Assembly: GCA_025354795.1 (NCBI GenBank)
Contig: JANXMF010000075.1
Location: 3,161-67,160 of the forward strand
DNA length: 64,000 bases
Direction of reading: 5' to 3'
Source: Pseudobdellovibrionaceae bacterium
GTDB taxonomy: Bacteria; Bdellovibrionota; Bdellovibrionia; Bdellovibrionales; UBA1609
This document shows positions 53,148-63,339 of this stretch, piece by piece. Below the pieces are notes generated by a model. It made no database searches. It was not told the origin of the DNA and worked only from the letters and a program-made list of their open reading frames with translations. The position numbers were made by a program, and so were the translations under genes. Position 1 is the first letter of the stretch. Every line of letters starts with the position of its first letter.

Positions 53148-54200
53148 TTAAAAAGAATTCAAACGAACTATAGAGGGCGGCGGGCCAAAACCCTGTCCGG
53201 ACGCGGAAAAGAGGTAGTGCGAGCCAGTCGGGGTGGAACTCTTGGCTGAGTCAAAAAGCAAAAACGCAAAGCCGATTTCTTTGTCCACCGTTTTGGAAGT
53301 GTGCAAATCCACATTCAAATTGTAGGGACCGAATTGAGGCTGAACTTGCATCCCGTCATTGACGAATTTAAGCGCGATCTGGCCTTTGATGCGTCCGTTT
53401 ATCGGATCTTTGCTTTGACCAAAGGTGCCTTCATCAATGGAAAATTTGCCACCCGCGAGTTTTCCGCGCAGCACCACGTTGGCCAAAGTTAAACTGGGCA
53501 AGCTGATCGGCATGGACGCGCCCTCAAAAGGAACCATCACGGTGCCGGCGTTCATACTGAATTTGCTGAAGCGCAGATCGATTTCGCCCTCGGGCTGCTC
53601 GGGCTGCTCGGTCAGCGAGGGCGTGAATTGCACGTTGGTATCGAGCGTCGCCTGGCCCTGCATTTTGAGCGGAAGATCGCTCCATTTTTGAAATTCGCTC
53701 AAATTGAGATGCTCAACAAACAAAGATACTTTAGAACGCTCACTGCCTTGATCGCCGCCGCTACCGGGCCGGATTTTAGCTTCCACCTCCGCACCCAGAA
53801 GCCCTTGCGCGAAAACCGTGATACCTAAGCGCGACATCATTTTGGCGCTCGCTTCGGGGTCGCCCGAGCTGGCTTTTTTAATGGTCCACAGGTTCATAAC
53901 AATGCTCAGCCACGAGGGCGAAAGCTTCATCCACTTGGCCTCCACTGGCGGAAAAGCCGGCGTCTCAAGCGAAATCCCGTGGCCTGAGATGGCCGGAGTG
54001 GGCAGCAGATTCAAATCCAGAGTCTCAAATTGTAGATAAATTTTGTTGTTGGTGGAGCGGGCCACGGTGGAGGTCACCAGATCCGACAGATCGCCAAATG
54101 GAAAAAACCACACGAAGAAAAGCAGCGCCGAAACCAGGGTTACGAAAAAAAAAGTTTTCTTAGACCAGATCCAGCCCATCAAATCCCAAAAGTATTTCAC
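53148..54200 (-). CDS. gspN: type II secretion system protein GspN-like
   Basis: It is the last gene of the gsp operon. It has an N-terminal TM helix and a large periplasmic domain. The assignment rests mainly on position and architecture. Confidence 0.5.
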   Translation of the reverse strand: MKYFWDLMGWIWSKKTFFFVTLVSALLFFVWFFPFGDLSDLVTSTVARSTNNKIYLQFETLDLNLLPTPAISGHGISLETPAFPPVEAKWMKLSPSWLSIVMNLWTIKKASSGDPEASAKMMSRLGITVFAQGLLGAEVEAKIRPGSGGDQGSERSKVSLFVEHLNLSEFQKWSDLPLKMQGQATLDTNVQFTPSLTEQPEQPEGEIDLRFSKFSMNAGTVMVPFEGASMPISLPSLTLANVVLRGKLAGGKFSIDEGTFGQSKDPINGRIKGQIALKFVNDGMQVQPQFGPYNLNVDLHTSKTVDKEIGFAFLLFDSAKSSTPTGSHYLFSASGQGFGPPPSIVRLNSF

Positions 54201-54913
54201 TCCGGGGTCTCCTCTTCAGTGGCTTTCGCGGGCCGTTTTTTCGGGCCCTTCTTGGCGCCTTTGCTCTCCACATCGGGTTCGCCGGCACCGATAACGGGCA
54301 ACGCGAACTGCACCACGCGCGCGATCATGTCGTAGTAATGGGTTTGACCGGCGCTTTGTACGATATCAATGCCCATCAACTTCATGCCTTGCCCGAGCGA
54401 CTGCAGTTGATAGCTGAGCGAAGTCATTTGCTCGAGATTCAGTTTTTTGAGCTGAACCACGATTCCCGTTTGTATCACGACGGGCGGCGCGAGGTTTTTG
54501 GCGGGATTCGCGGGGAGCGGTTGGATTTCACCGATCTGATCGGGGATCAAACGATGCTCTTTGAGCACGGCGTCGATTTGGCTGCGCAATGTTCCCGGCT
54601 CAATCGGCGGGGGCAGCGGCGAGGGTTCTTTAGCGGTGCGAGCGGCGTGCAGCAGCCCGAGGAGGAGTGAACGATTGTCGTTGAACTCCGTCATGTGATC
54701 GGAGGAATCGGAAAGATAGCCCATGGGAAACGACAACAACAGCAGCACGAACAGTGCTGCGAGGGCGCCGATGATGGCGCGTTGAATGGAAGGCGATTGG
54801 CTCTCGAATTTTTCCCGTAGATTATTGAAGGTGGAGTTCTCTTGGATTTTACCGCTGAGTTCGGTCCAATTGTCCTTAAGCTGCTCTTTGACGGATTCAA
54901 ACGCCACGCTCAA
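54197..54913 (-). CDS. gspM: type II secretion system protein GspM-like
   Basis: It is a bitopic protein with a single TM helix (AIIGALAALFVLLLLSF) located between gspL and gspN, with 4-nt overlaps on both sides. Confidence 0.45.
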   Translation of the reverse strand: MSVAFESVKEQLKDNWTELSGKIQENSTFNNLREKFESQSPSIQRAIIGALAALFVLLLLSFPMGYLSDSSDHMTEFNDNRSLLLGLLHAARTAKEPSPLPPPIEPGTLRSQIDAVLKEHRLIPDQIGEIQPLPANPAKNLAPPVVIQTGIVVQLKKLNLEQMTSLSYQLQSLGQGMKLMGIDIVQSAGQTHYYDMIARVVQFALPVIGAGEPDVESKGAKKGPKKRPAKATEEETPE

Positions 54914-56556
54914 CCTCCCGCATAGCGCTGAATATTCAAGCGAAAGGCGAAGGGCGTTTGACCAGGTGGCGTAGAGATGCGCGACTGAATGGCTTCTGCC
55001 TTGCCGGTGGAGGAAACCTTCTGGAGCACCGCTTGCACGCGCTGTACGCCTGCGACTGAACCGGTGTAACCGTGGACTTCGGCGACTTCGTTGTCGATGG
55101 AAATGCGTTTGATCTCAAGGGGCAAAATCGCGCCTGGCGGCAATTGCGCACTGATCAGGTTGAGCATATCGAGCGCCGAATTGAGATGCGTGACCTTTTC
55201 CGCTTGCTTTCGGTTTCGAGCGTCTTTTTCCACATTGCTTAAAAATTTGCGGATATTGTCATTGCCCCCGCGTTTGCCCTTAAGGCCCGCGATCGATTCG
55301 GCCTGGAGGCGTAGTACGCGATCGGATTCATCGAGCAAGCGCTGGCTCAACGACTCGCGCGCGATTGCAAAAATGATCAGGAATATGAACGCCGTGCCCA
55401 GCAGTTGCGCGGAATAGCCCCATTTTTGCCACAGGGTTTCGAAAAAATGACTTTGCTGCGCGAACTCGCCCTTTAAGAAGTTAGGGGCTGGATTGCGCGG
55501 GCGCTTGAGAGCTTCCAGCGCTAAACCTATGGCCACGCCGGTGACACTTTCAAGATGCGCAGTGGTTTCAAAATTCACGGCGGGGTGAATTTCAAATTGT
55601 TTGTAACGGTTAAACGGCATCTCAAAGCACATGGTCAAAAACGCGCCCAGGTTTTTGAGCAGTGAGCCGCCGCCGAGCATAAGGCCTTTGCTCCATTGCA
55701 AATTGAATTCGCTCTGAAGTTCGAACATTTTTAGGCGCATGCTGGCAACGAGTTCTTGCAAACTCTTCTCAATGGTTTGCGAAAAAGCCAACTGCTCCTT
55801 GGTGCCCTGGCCTTTTTCCATGAGCAAAAAGCCTTTGAGCTGAAGCTCGCGCACGGCTTGAATGTAGTTCATGCCATACTTGGCGCCGATGGCATCGGCC
55901 ATGTTCTTACCGCCCCAATCGATGTTGCGCGCGCCGATCATAATGCCTTCGCAAAAAACCAAGAGCTGTGAATTGAGGTGGCCGATGTTGAGGATTAAAT
56001 CAGCATTGCGCGGAGCCGGAATGTCATGAGCGAACTCGGCACTTTCGGGCGGGGGCTCGGACCAGCGCTCAAATAAATTTCCCAGCGCCAAACTCTCAGC
56101 GGAAATCAGGGTGGGATCGACACCGCAGTCGTGGGCCATGCTGAGAACTTCACCGACCCGATCTTTGGGCGCGGCCATCGCGAGCACATCGGAGCCCTTG
56201 CCTTTGAAGCGCACGATCTTGGTTTCAAAAATGGCATCGTCTTGCGAAAATGGCAAATCGTCTTCGAGCTGCGAGGCCACGGCCTTTTGCACCTTGAAGC
56301 GTTCGCGAAACGGGAACTGCAACAGCCGCATGCTGATCGATTTTTGCGGCAGCGCGAAGACGAATTGGGTTTTTTCTAAATCGTAGCGGGTAAACAAGGT
56401 ACGTATAGTGTCAATGATTTCAATCTTCTTATCTTTGGTGAGATCAAGGGTCAGCGGGATTTCTTGTAAGTTGCGAATCACATAGGACTTCGACGTGGAT
56501 TCGATTTCCGCGATCTTGATACTGAATGAACCGATGTCGACGCCGATGCTGATCAT
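54910..56556 (-). CDS. gspL: type II secretion system protein GspL (PilM-like actin-fold N-domain + TM + periplasmic domain)
   Basis: It has the N-terminal ISIGVDIGSFSIKIAEIE (actin-like ATPase fold), a central TM helix, and the expected operon position after gspK. Confidence 0.6.
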   Translation of the reverse strand: MISIGVDIGSFSIKIAEIESTSKSYVIRNLQEIPLTLDLTKDKKIEIIDTIRTLFTRYDLEKTQFVFALPQKSISMRLLQFPFRERFKVQKAVASQLEDDLPFSQDDAIFETKIVRFKGKGSDVLAMAAPKDRVGEVLSMAHDCGVDPTLISAESLALGNLFERWSEPPPESAEFAHDIPAPRNADLILNIGHLNSQLLVFCEGIMIGARNIDWGGKNMADAIGAKYGMNYIQAVRELQLKGFLLMEKGQGTKEQLAFSQTIEKSLQELVASMRLKMFELQSEFNLQWSKGLMLGGGSLLKNLGAFLTMCFEMPFNRYKQFEIHPAVNFETTAHLESVTGVAIGLALEALKRPRNPAPNFLKGEFAQQSHFFETLWQKWGYSAQLLGTAFIFLIIFAIARESLSQRLLDESDRVLRLQAESIAGLKGKRGGNDNIRKFLSNVEKDARNRKQAEKVTHLNSALDMLNLISAQLPPGAILPLEIKRISIDNEVAEVHGYTGSVAGVQRVQAVLQKVSSTGKAEAIQSRISTPPGQTPFAFRLNIQRYAGG

Positions 56557-56574
56557 AGAGGTAAGAAAAGGCTA

Positions 56575-57918
56575 TCAGTTTTCTTCCCAATACACCACCG
56601 CGGGCCTACCTTTTCCCGCTTGAATTTTGGCTTTTTTTGGACCGGGTGTCGGGTTTTTGGAATCGGCTGGCTTGTCGGCGGTTGTCGTAGTTGTTGTTGT
56701 GGTGGTGGTATTCTGATTCGCTGTACTTTTGTCCTGCTCATCCATCATGTCCGCGAGCCGACCGGTGAGATTGAGGTAATCGTAGGTGATCGCGGTGATC
56801 TCCCGCCTTACGTTGCCGGCGAGCCCGGTGGAAACTACGCGAAAATTAAATTCCACATCAAACAGTAGGGGAATTTTCGAGGCCTCGATGGCCTTGGTGT
56901 TGACGCCGTAACCCTGCACAAAGCCAAAAAAATCCTTATCATCTTTGAACGGGCCGCCAAGTTTGGGATCGTTGCGGCGGGCGATCACTTTGCCCACGAT
57001 TTCTTCGGTCATAGTCGGATCGAGCGCGATCAGTAAGTCGGCACCCGCGTAATTGATGTTCACGCCTTTAGTCCCGAAAACTGTCACGCGTGGCGCCAGG
57101 AGGTTGTAAAAATCATCGTTCATCAGCGCGACTTGGTGCAGTTCATCTAAGGTGCGAAACGGGCGATTGGGCGGCATCTCGATGTCTTTTTCTTCGAGGT
57201 CGCGATATTGACTCGTTTCATCGCCGCCATTGAGGCTGACCTTGTCTTCGTCAACGTAGTCGGCGATGTTGTTGACCAACTCCTCAAAACGAAAGCTGGC
57301 ATATTTGCGCTGAAAGTTTTCGTTGTTCTTCAATTCGTTTTGATAAATCATCAGCACCTGTTTGATCATGGATTCTTTGAGCGATTTAAGCGGCGAGCCC
57401 AGATCATTGATGTCCAATTTCCCGCCTTCGGGTGAAATCGTCGTGGTGTACTGTTGCCCCTGCATCAAGGATTCTGCCACGGCCTCTTTGAGCATATCTT
57501 TGTCGACCTCGGTGGATTTTCCGCCCCCGGGAGCGCTTGCGCTCGGCGGCCACATAAAGGGAAAGCTCCAGATCGGATCGAGCATGCTTTTCTTTTCGCC
57601 CAAGGTGTCGCCGAGTGCTGCCATCGCTTGTTTATAGAGCATGATTCGTAGCATGCTAATTTCAATTCCAGACTTGGCGGCATAATAGGCTTTGATGCGA
57701 TTGACTTGTTGCGCGGCCACCACGTAGTCCACGCTGGTGTCATAGCTGACTTCGACAGCGATGAAGGTCATTAGTACCATGGCAAAAAGCGCAATCAGTA
57801 AGGCTACGCCCTTTTGCGAGCGCAAAATCCCGAAAGCGCTAGCCTCCGGGAATGTTTTGTTGATTGGCCGCAGGCATCGAACCATTTGTCGGATCCGTGA
57901 TAGGGTTACCATTGGCAT
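56575..57918 (-). CDS. gspK: type II secretion minor pseudopilin GspK
   Basis: GVALLIALFAMVLMTFIAVEVSY is the N-terminal hydrophobic segment typical of GspK, and the protein has the large GspK-type size. The start is uncertain: the ORF overlaps gspJ by 80 nt and there is an alternative TTG at 57825. Confidence 0.7.
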   Translation of the reverse strand: MPMVTLSRIRQMVRCLRPINKTFPEASAFGILRSQKGVALLIALFAMVLMTFIAVEVSYDTSVDYVVAAQQVNRIKAYYAAKSGIEISMLRIMLYKQAMAALGDTLGEKKSMLDPIWSFPFMWPPSASAPGGGKSTEVDKDMLKEAVAESLMQGQQYTTTISPEGGKLDINDLGSPLKSLKESMIKQVLMIYQNELKNNENFQRKYASFRFEELVNNIADYVDEDKVSLNGGDETSQYRDLEEKDIEMPPNRPFRTLDELHQVALMNDDFYNLLAPRVTVFGTKGVNINYAGADLLIALDPTMTEEIVGKVIARRNDPKLGGPFKDDKDFFGFVQGYGVNTKAIEASKIPLLFDVEFNFRVVSTGLAGNVRREITAITYDYLNLTGRLADMMDEQDKSTANQNTTTTTTTTTTADKPADSKNPTPGPKKAKIQAGKGRPAVVYWEEN

Positions 57919-58753
57919 CCTTTTGTTCTGGATTTTCGGGGTTATTGGGATTGCGAATTGCAGCGACCGCGGTCATGCGCAGTTTTTTATCTTTGGCCTT
58001 GGGCGAAGGATCTTTAATCTCAAGCGTGATCTCCACTGCATAAGGGAATTTATCTTTGGTCAGCGCATCGCCGCGTTCACTGGTGATCCAAGTGTCGATC
58101 CACTCTTCGGTTTTGCCGGGGCCCAAATAACGCAGCTTAAATTCGGTAACGTTTTCAAGCAGCACGGTTTCTTGCCCGTCTTTGGTGATGTCGTCATGGA
58201 AATAATCGTCCACTCTACGCCATAGGCAGTTCGAGGATTGCTCTTGATTAGAGCGGCGACGGCAGGGCTTGAGCTTGTAACCGACTTCGGCTTGGGTGGA
58301 GATTGGCGAATTTTCCATCATGCGCACATTCGAGACCGTGGTGAAATCCAGCGACGCGGCTTCACCGATAAACTGGGTGTAGATCTTTTCGGTCTTCAAT
58401 TTATACTTGTCGGGATCGACGGGCTGTGGTGGGAGAGGCGGCGGCGGCGGGGTGGCTCCGGCCCCTTTTCCAGTTGTCGACTTGTCTGCCGGCGTGTTCG
58501 CGGTTTTCTGCCGCTGCTTCTGCGCCATATTGTAGAGCGCAATATTGATGTCGCGATAGTTAAACGCCATATTGATATCACGTTCCATGGTGCGGAGAGC
58601 GTCGCGCACGGTGGCGTTCTTATCGATCTCGCCTTGCACTTTGGCTTTGGTCTGCAGCGCGCGCTGAATGGACTGTACGGTGAAGAGCGAGAGGAACGAC
58701 AAAATTAAAATAGCGATGATGACTTCGAGAAGGGTAAATCCACGTTGCCCCAC
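57839..58753 (-). CDS. gspJ: type II secretion minor pseudopilin GspJ
   Basis: It has the prepilin-type N-terminal motif GFTLLEVIIAILIL and the expected operon position. Confidence 0.7.
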   Translation of the reverse strand: MGQRGFTLLEVIIAILILSFLSLFTVQSIQRALQTKAKVQGEIDKNATVRDALRTMERDINMAFNYRDINIALYNMAQKQRQKTANTPADKSTTGKGAGATPPPPPLPPQPVDPDKYKLKTEKIYTQFIGEAASLDFTTVSNVRMMENSPISTQAEVGYKLKPCRRRSNQEQSSNCLWRRVDDYFHDDITKDGQETVLLENVTEFKLRYLGPGKTEEWIDTWITSERGDALTKDKFPYAVEITLEIKDPSPKAKDKKLRMTAVAAIRNPNNPENPEQKDANGNPITDPTNGSMPAANQQNIPGG

Positions 58754-59298
58754 TATGGACTCCCCGCTGGTTTCTGCGCGGGGGCGGCGCTACCCCCGGC
58801 GCCGCCCAAACCAAAGTCTTTGCTGTAATCGACAAAGTATTGCACCGCTGAAAACTCGATTTCCTTGGCCCCCTTGCGTTTGAGAAAAATCGAGACCTTC
58901 ACCTCTTTGATCGCCTTGCCCAGATATTCGGTAACCTGTTTGATCATGCCAATCAAAGTGTCATCATTTTGACCTTCCGTACCGATCATCAGCGCCGACA
59001 AGTCCGGAACCACCAGGTCTTTGCTTTTGAGCGTCCAATGATACATGGGGGAATCGGTGCCAAAATCACCGCCTTCCTCTTTCGGAATTTCGTTGAGTGG
59101 CTTACCTTTATATTTGGCTTCGACTTCAATCATTTTGCGCGCGAGCAGCGTGGCCGAATCGTTGAGGTAAGTGGATTTGCGCATGCGCATGAAATTGCCA
59201 GACCAGGTGTTGGCGATGACCATGATGGCGCCGGTCAAAATAAACAGCGCCACCAAAACTTCGATCAGCGTAAAACCTGCGTTGAGCGCGCGCCTCAT
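58753..59298 (-). CDS. gspI: type II secretion minor pseudopilin GspI-like
   Basis: It has the prepilin motif AGFTLIEVLVALFIL. The ATG at 59298 overlaps the gspH stop (ATGA-type coupling). The ORF opening at 59379 is unlikely. Confidence 0.65.
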   Translation of the reverse strand: MRRALNAGFTLIEVLVALFILTGAIMVIANTWSGNFMRMRKSTYLNDSATLLARKMIEVEAKYKGKPLNEIPKEEGGDFGTDSPMYHWTLKSKDLVVPDLSALMIGTEGQNDDTLIGMIKQVTEYLGKAIKEVKVSIFLKRKGAKEIEFSAVQYFVDYSKDFGLGGAGGSAAPAQKPAGSP

Positions 59299-59921
59299 TG
59301 CGATTTGAGCTCCTTGAGTGATAGCGGTTTTGATATCACTTCGGCTTTTCCTGTCAGCGGATGGATAGCGATGGTCCATGCCGCGGTTTTTTCGCCTTTG
59401 ATGTGAATGGCGGCTTCGTCCACTAAACCTTGGGGCAAGTAGTGGATAAAGGCACGGCCATGAGTGATGGCATCTTTGGCGCGGCTCAATTCCACTTTTT
59501 CAAAGGTCATGCCTTGTGGAAGTTCGCGCGGCTTTTTGATCATGCTCTTGTCCACTTCAAAGGCGCGCGGGTCTTTTCCTTTTTTTGGATCTTTGTCTTG
59601 CGCGGCTTTGAACGCTTCGTCTTCCTCATTGGCTTTGAGCACGGTGCCACCATTGGCTTTTTCCACCCAGTACAGCTGCACCGGGCGTTTGCCGCTGGTG
59701 TCTTCTTGCATGTCGATCACCAAGCGATAAACCACGCCTTGCAATTTCGCACGGGTGTGGAGCTCGCGGCTCAAAACGCTTAGCTCGCGCAGCACCGCTT
59801 TGGTTTTCGAATTGCGGCTTCCGATGTAAGGCATCGACAAGGCCACGACGCCGCCCATGATCGCGAGCACGACCATCAGTTCGATCAGTGTGAAACCATG
59901 TTGTGGTAAGAGCTTGCGCAT
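59295..59921 (-). CDS. gspH: type II secretion minor pseudopilin GspH
   Basis: It has the prepilin motif HGFTLIELMVVLAIMG and follows gspG. Confidence 0.7.
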   Translation of the reverse strand: MRKLLPQHGFTLIELMVVLAIMGGVVALSMPYIGSRNSKTKAVLRELSVLSRELHTRAKLQGVVYRLVIDMQEDTSGKRPVQLYWVEKANGGTVLKANEEDEAFKAAQDKDPKKGKDPRAFEVDKSMIKKPRELPQGMTFEKVELSRAKDAITHGRAFIHYLPQGLVDEAAIHIKGEKTAAWTIAIHPLTGKAEVISKPLSLKELKSQ

Positions 59922-59922
59922 G

Positions 59923-59955
59923 TTCTCCAGTCTGGGTCATTCCCAGACTGGAGAA
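59923..59955 (-). promoter_or_regulatory. perfect 14-bp-stem hairpin between gspG and gspH that includes the gspH Shine-Dalgarno
   Basis: ttctccagtctggg (59923-59936) and cccagactggagaa (59942-59955) are perfect reverse complements around a 5-nt loop. On the mRNA the 3' arm ends in GGAGAA, 1 nt before the gspH ATG. Confidence 0.7.
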
Positions 59956-59964
59956 TAGCACTAA

Positions 59965-60384
59965 TTAATCGGCAGAGGAAATATCAGCCGCATCACCCGA
60001 GCCACCCTCTTTGCGATCCGATCCCAGGCTTTTTAAAACATAATTGTTGCCGGTGGAAGTGTACTGGAAGTCGCCGCCCCACGGGTCTTTATTCACCTTT
60101 TTTAGATAGGGATCGGGCCCCCAGTTCGAACAGGTTGAGGGCGCGGTCACGAGTGCGTTTAAACCCTCTTCAGTCGAAGGGTAGTTGTTGCAGTCGGTAA
60201 AGAACATATCGAGAGCTTTGCCGTACTCTGAAATTTGAATTTTGGCCTGACGAATTTTAGCGCTTTTTAATCGGCCCTGGACTTGAGTCGCGAGAATAGC
60301 GATCAATCCGCCGAGGATCACCAACACGATCATGATCTCAAGCAACGTCATACCTTTTTCATTGTTTTTTAATCGAATTTTCAT
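59965..60384 (-). CDS. gspG: type II secretion major pseudopilin GspG
   Basis: GMTLLEIMIVLVILGGLIAIL plus the conserved GspG body (YPSTEEGLNALV...DPWG..Y.Y). Confidence 0.9.
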   Translation of the reverse strand: MKIRLKNNEKGMTLLEIMIVLVILGGLIAILATQVQGRLKSAKIRQAKIQISEYGKALDMFFTDCNNYPSTEEGLNALVTAPSTCSNWGPDPYLKKVNKDPWGGDFQYTSTGNNYVLKSLGSDRKEGGSGDAADISSAD

Positions 60385-60422
60385 TTCTTACGCTCCCTCA
60401 AATTGCAAAACAGAAACTTAAA

Positions 60423-61649
60423 CTATCCGCCCAGGCTCGACAATTGAAACATAGGAATCATGATCGCAAATACGATAATTCCAATAACGCAACCCATCAC
60501 AATTATCATTAACGGTTCCAACAAAGAGGTGAGACCGGAGATCGAAGTCTTCACTTGGAAATCGTAAGCGTCACTCACTTGCAGCAGCATGTTTTCAAGC
60601 TCTCCGGTTTTTTCACCGATGTTGATCATGTGAATGACGATGGGAGGAAACTGCCCGGATTTTTTAAGCGGGCCGGCGATCGATTCCCCCTCGGAAATAT
60701 TGAGGCGGCCCACGTCGATGGCTGCGGCGATGACTTCGTTGTCGACCACGTTGCGCACGATTCCCATCGCCGAGAGCATGGGAACGCCCCCGTTGAGCAG
60801 GGTGGAAAGGGTGCGCGTGAAGCGGCTCACAGCGACAATGCGTCCAAGTTTGCCCACGACCGGTATTTGTAAAAAGATGCGATCCCACTGAGCGCGGCCC
60901 TTGGGAGTATTTTTCCAGTTGCGAAAGAGCAGGAAGCCGACGGTGGAAGAGATCATCAAGACATGCCAGTAGTTGACCAAAAAGCCCGAGATGTCGATGA
61001 CCACCAGCGTGTACCACGGCAGCTTCAACTCGGGCGAAGACTCAAACACCGTCACGATTTTTGGAATCACGTAAACAAACAAAACACCGAGCAATAAGCC
61101 GGTGAATCCGAGCATCATAATCGGGTAGAGCATGGCGGACTTCACTTTGGCGCTCAGCTCGGTTTGTGATTCTTTGAATTCAGCGAGACGAATCAAGATC
61201 ACATCGAGGGTTCCCGACATTTCACCCGCTTCACACATGCTCACGTACATTTTGTCGAAGACCTTTGGATATTTTCCCAGCGATTTGTGAAGCGTGCCGC
61301 CTTCGTTGACCGCATTTTTGATCTCGGCGATGATCTCGGCTAAATAGGCATTTTCAATTTGTTCGGAAACCGCTTGCAGCGAATCCACCAGTGGAATATT
61401 GGCTTTAAGCAGAGTCGCGAGCTGACGGGTCATCATCGACAGATCGGTGACGTTCACGCCTTTTTGGCGCACGGCCTTTTTGCCCTTCGCCTTGCGGCTG
61501 GCGGCGGTTTTGCCTTTGTCTTTGATATCGGTGACGAAAATCCCGTCTTTTTTTAGCCGGGTTTTGGCGGTGCGCACGTTGTCGGTGTCGACGGTCCCGC
61601 GCACTGAGCGGCCAGCACTATTTAGTCCGCGGTACTCAAATATTGGCAT
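60423..61649 (-). CDS. gspF: type II secretion inner-membrane platform protein GspF
   Basis: It is 408 aa with a duplicated T2SF domain and three TM segments, and begins MPIFEYRGLNSAGRSVRG. Confidence 0.9.
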   Translation of the reverse strand: MPIFEYRGLNSAGRSVRGTVDTDNVRTAKTRLKKDGIFVTDIKDKGKTAASRKAKGKKAVRQKGVNVTDLSMMTRQLATLLKANIPLVDSLQAVSEQIENAYLAEIIAEIKNAVNEGGTLHKSLGKYPKVFDKMYVSMCEAGEMSGTLDVILIRLAEFKESQTELSAKVKSAMLYPIMMLGFTGLLLGVLFVYVIPKIVTVFESSPELKLPWYTLVVIDISGFLVNYWHVLMISSTVGFLLFRNWKNTPKGRAQWDRIFLQIPVVGKLGRIVAVSRFTRTLSTLLNGGVPMLSAMGIVRNVVDNEVIAAAIDVGRLNISEGESIAGPLKKSGQFPPIVIHMINIGEKTGELENMLLQVSDAYDFQVKTSISGLTSLLEPLMIIVMGCVIGIIVFAIMIPMFQLSSLGG

Positions 61650-61650
61650 T

Positions 61651-63339
61651 TTACTGATCCATTTGCGTACTGCTTAGGACTTCTTCAATCGTGGTGATCC
61701 CACTCAATACTTTTTGTATACCATGATCGCGGAAGGTCAACATGCCATTGGCGATCGCTTGTTTCTTGATGGCGCTACCGTCTTTGCGCTGCATGATCAT
61801 GGTGCGGATGTCGTCGTTGATCAGCAACAATTCCTGGATCACGCTTCGCCCGACATAACCCTTTTGATTGCAGTGATTGCAGCCCACATGGCGGAAAATG
61901 GTGGCATCCTTGACTTGCTCACGGGTAAGTTCAAGCGAACGCAAGTCCACATCGGTCGCTACGTGTGGCTCCTTGCAGTGCGGGCAGAGTACGCGCACCA
62001 GCCGTTGGGCGACCACGCCCATGATCGACGTGGCGATCAAAAACGGCTCGCATCCCATATCGATCAAACGCGGAAAGGCACCGGCCGAATCATTGGTGTG
62101 AATGGTGGAGAGCACCAAGTGACCGGTCAGCGAGGCGTTGATCGCGATCTCGGCGGTTTCCAAGTCACGAATCTCCCCGATCATCACCACATCCGGATCT
62201 TGACGCAAAATCGAGCGCAGCCCGGTCGCGAATGTTAAGCCGATCTTGGAGTTGACCTGAATCTGGCCAATGCCGTGGATGCGTTGCTCCACCGGATCTT
62301 CCACCGTGATGATGTTCACGTCAGGTTTGTTAATCTTGGAAATCGCCGCGTATAGCGTGGTCGATTTGCCAGAGCCTGTCGGACCGGTGACGAGCATAAT
62401 GCCATAAGTTTTAGTGAGCAGATCATCGAGCTTGCCCAAAGTGTCGGGCGAAAAACCGAGCTGCACCAGCTCCAGCACGACATTGGATCGATCTTGCAAA
62501 CGCATAACCAGCCGCTCGCCAAATGCGGTCGGCACCGAACTCAAACGCACATCGATGTCTTTGCCGGCGAGCTTGAGTGGAATGCGTCCGTCCTGCGGGA
62601 GGCGCTTTTCGGCGATGTTGAGGTTGCCCATGACTTTGATCCGAGAGGTGATGGCATTTTGTAATTTCTTAGGCGGCTTGAATATATCAAATAAAATACC
62701 GTCAATGCGGAAGCGTACGACCATGTCGCGTTCGTAAGGCTCAACGTGAATATCGGAAGCTTTTTCTTTCACCGCGCGAAACAGCAGCGTGTTCACCAGC
62801 TTAATCACCGGCGCATCGTCATCACCCGACTCGAGCAAATCGATCACCGGATCATCGAGGTCGACTTCTTCGCTCTCAATATCGTCCATGCCTTCCAGGG
62901 CCGCGGTGCTCTTCTCGTAAACTCGGTTGATGGCATCTTGAATGCGGCTCGAAGTGGTAGCCATCGGATGCACGCGTTTATTGAACTTTACGCGCAAGTC
63001 TTCAAGCGCCTTGTGATTGAGTGGGTTGGTAGTGAGCACCAGCACGCGATCGGCCTCCTCTTTATAAGGCAGCACTTCTTGTGACTTGGCGTAGTTGATG
63101 GGAATTCCGCGCACCAGATCGACAGGAATATCGTTGACCGGAATGTCCTTGATAAACTCCACGCCCAGCAATTTGCAAAGTTCGGCCAGCGCCTCTTCGG
63201 GCGTACCGAAACTCATCCGTCCTAATATATCCGAGAACGTCTGGCCCTTGCGATCATGGGCGCGCAACAGAGTTTGCAATTGCTCTTCGCTGACACTGGT
63301 GCCTTTTTTAATCAAGGTTTCGAAGTTTGCAGATGCCAT
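61651..63339 (-). CDS. gspE: type II secretion ATPase GspE
   Basis: It has Walker A (GPTGSGKST), the Asp box, Walker B (MIGEIRD), the His box (TGHLVLSTIHTN) and the tetracysteine motif (CPHC...CNHC). Confidence 0.95.
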   Translation of the reverse strand: MASANFETLIKKGTSVSEEQLQTLLRAHDRKGQTFSDILGRMSFGTPEEALAELCKLLGVEFIKDIPVNDIPVDLVRGIPINYAKSQEVLPYKEEADRVLVLTTNPLNHKALEDLRVKFNKRVHPMATTSSRIQDAINRVYEKSTAALEGMDDIESEEVDLDDPVIDLLESGDDDAPVIKLVNTLLFRAVKEKASDIHVEPYERDMVVRFRIDGILFDIFKPPKKLQNAITSRIKVMGNLNIAEKRLPQDGRIPLKLAGKDIDVRLSSVPTAFGERLVMRLQDRSNVVLELVQLGFSPDTLGKLDDLLTKTYGIMLVTGPTGSGKSTTLYAAISKINKPDVNIITVEDPVEQRIHGIGQIQVNSKIGLTFATGLRSILRQDPDVVMIGEIRDLETAEIAINASLTGHLVLSTIHTNDSAGAFPRLIDMGCEPFLIATSIMGVVAQRLVRVLCPHCKEPHVATDVDLRSLELTREQVKDATIFRHVGCNHCNQKGYVGRSVIQELLLINDDIRTMIMQRKDGSAIKKQAIANGMLTFRDHGIQKVLSGITTIEEVLSSTQMDQ

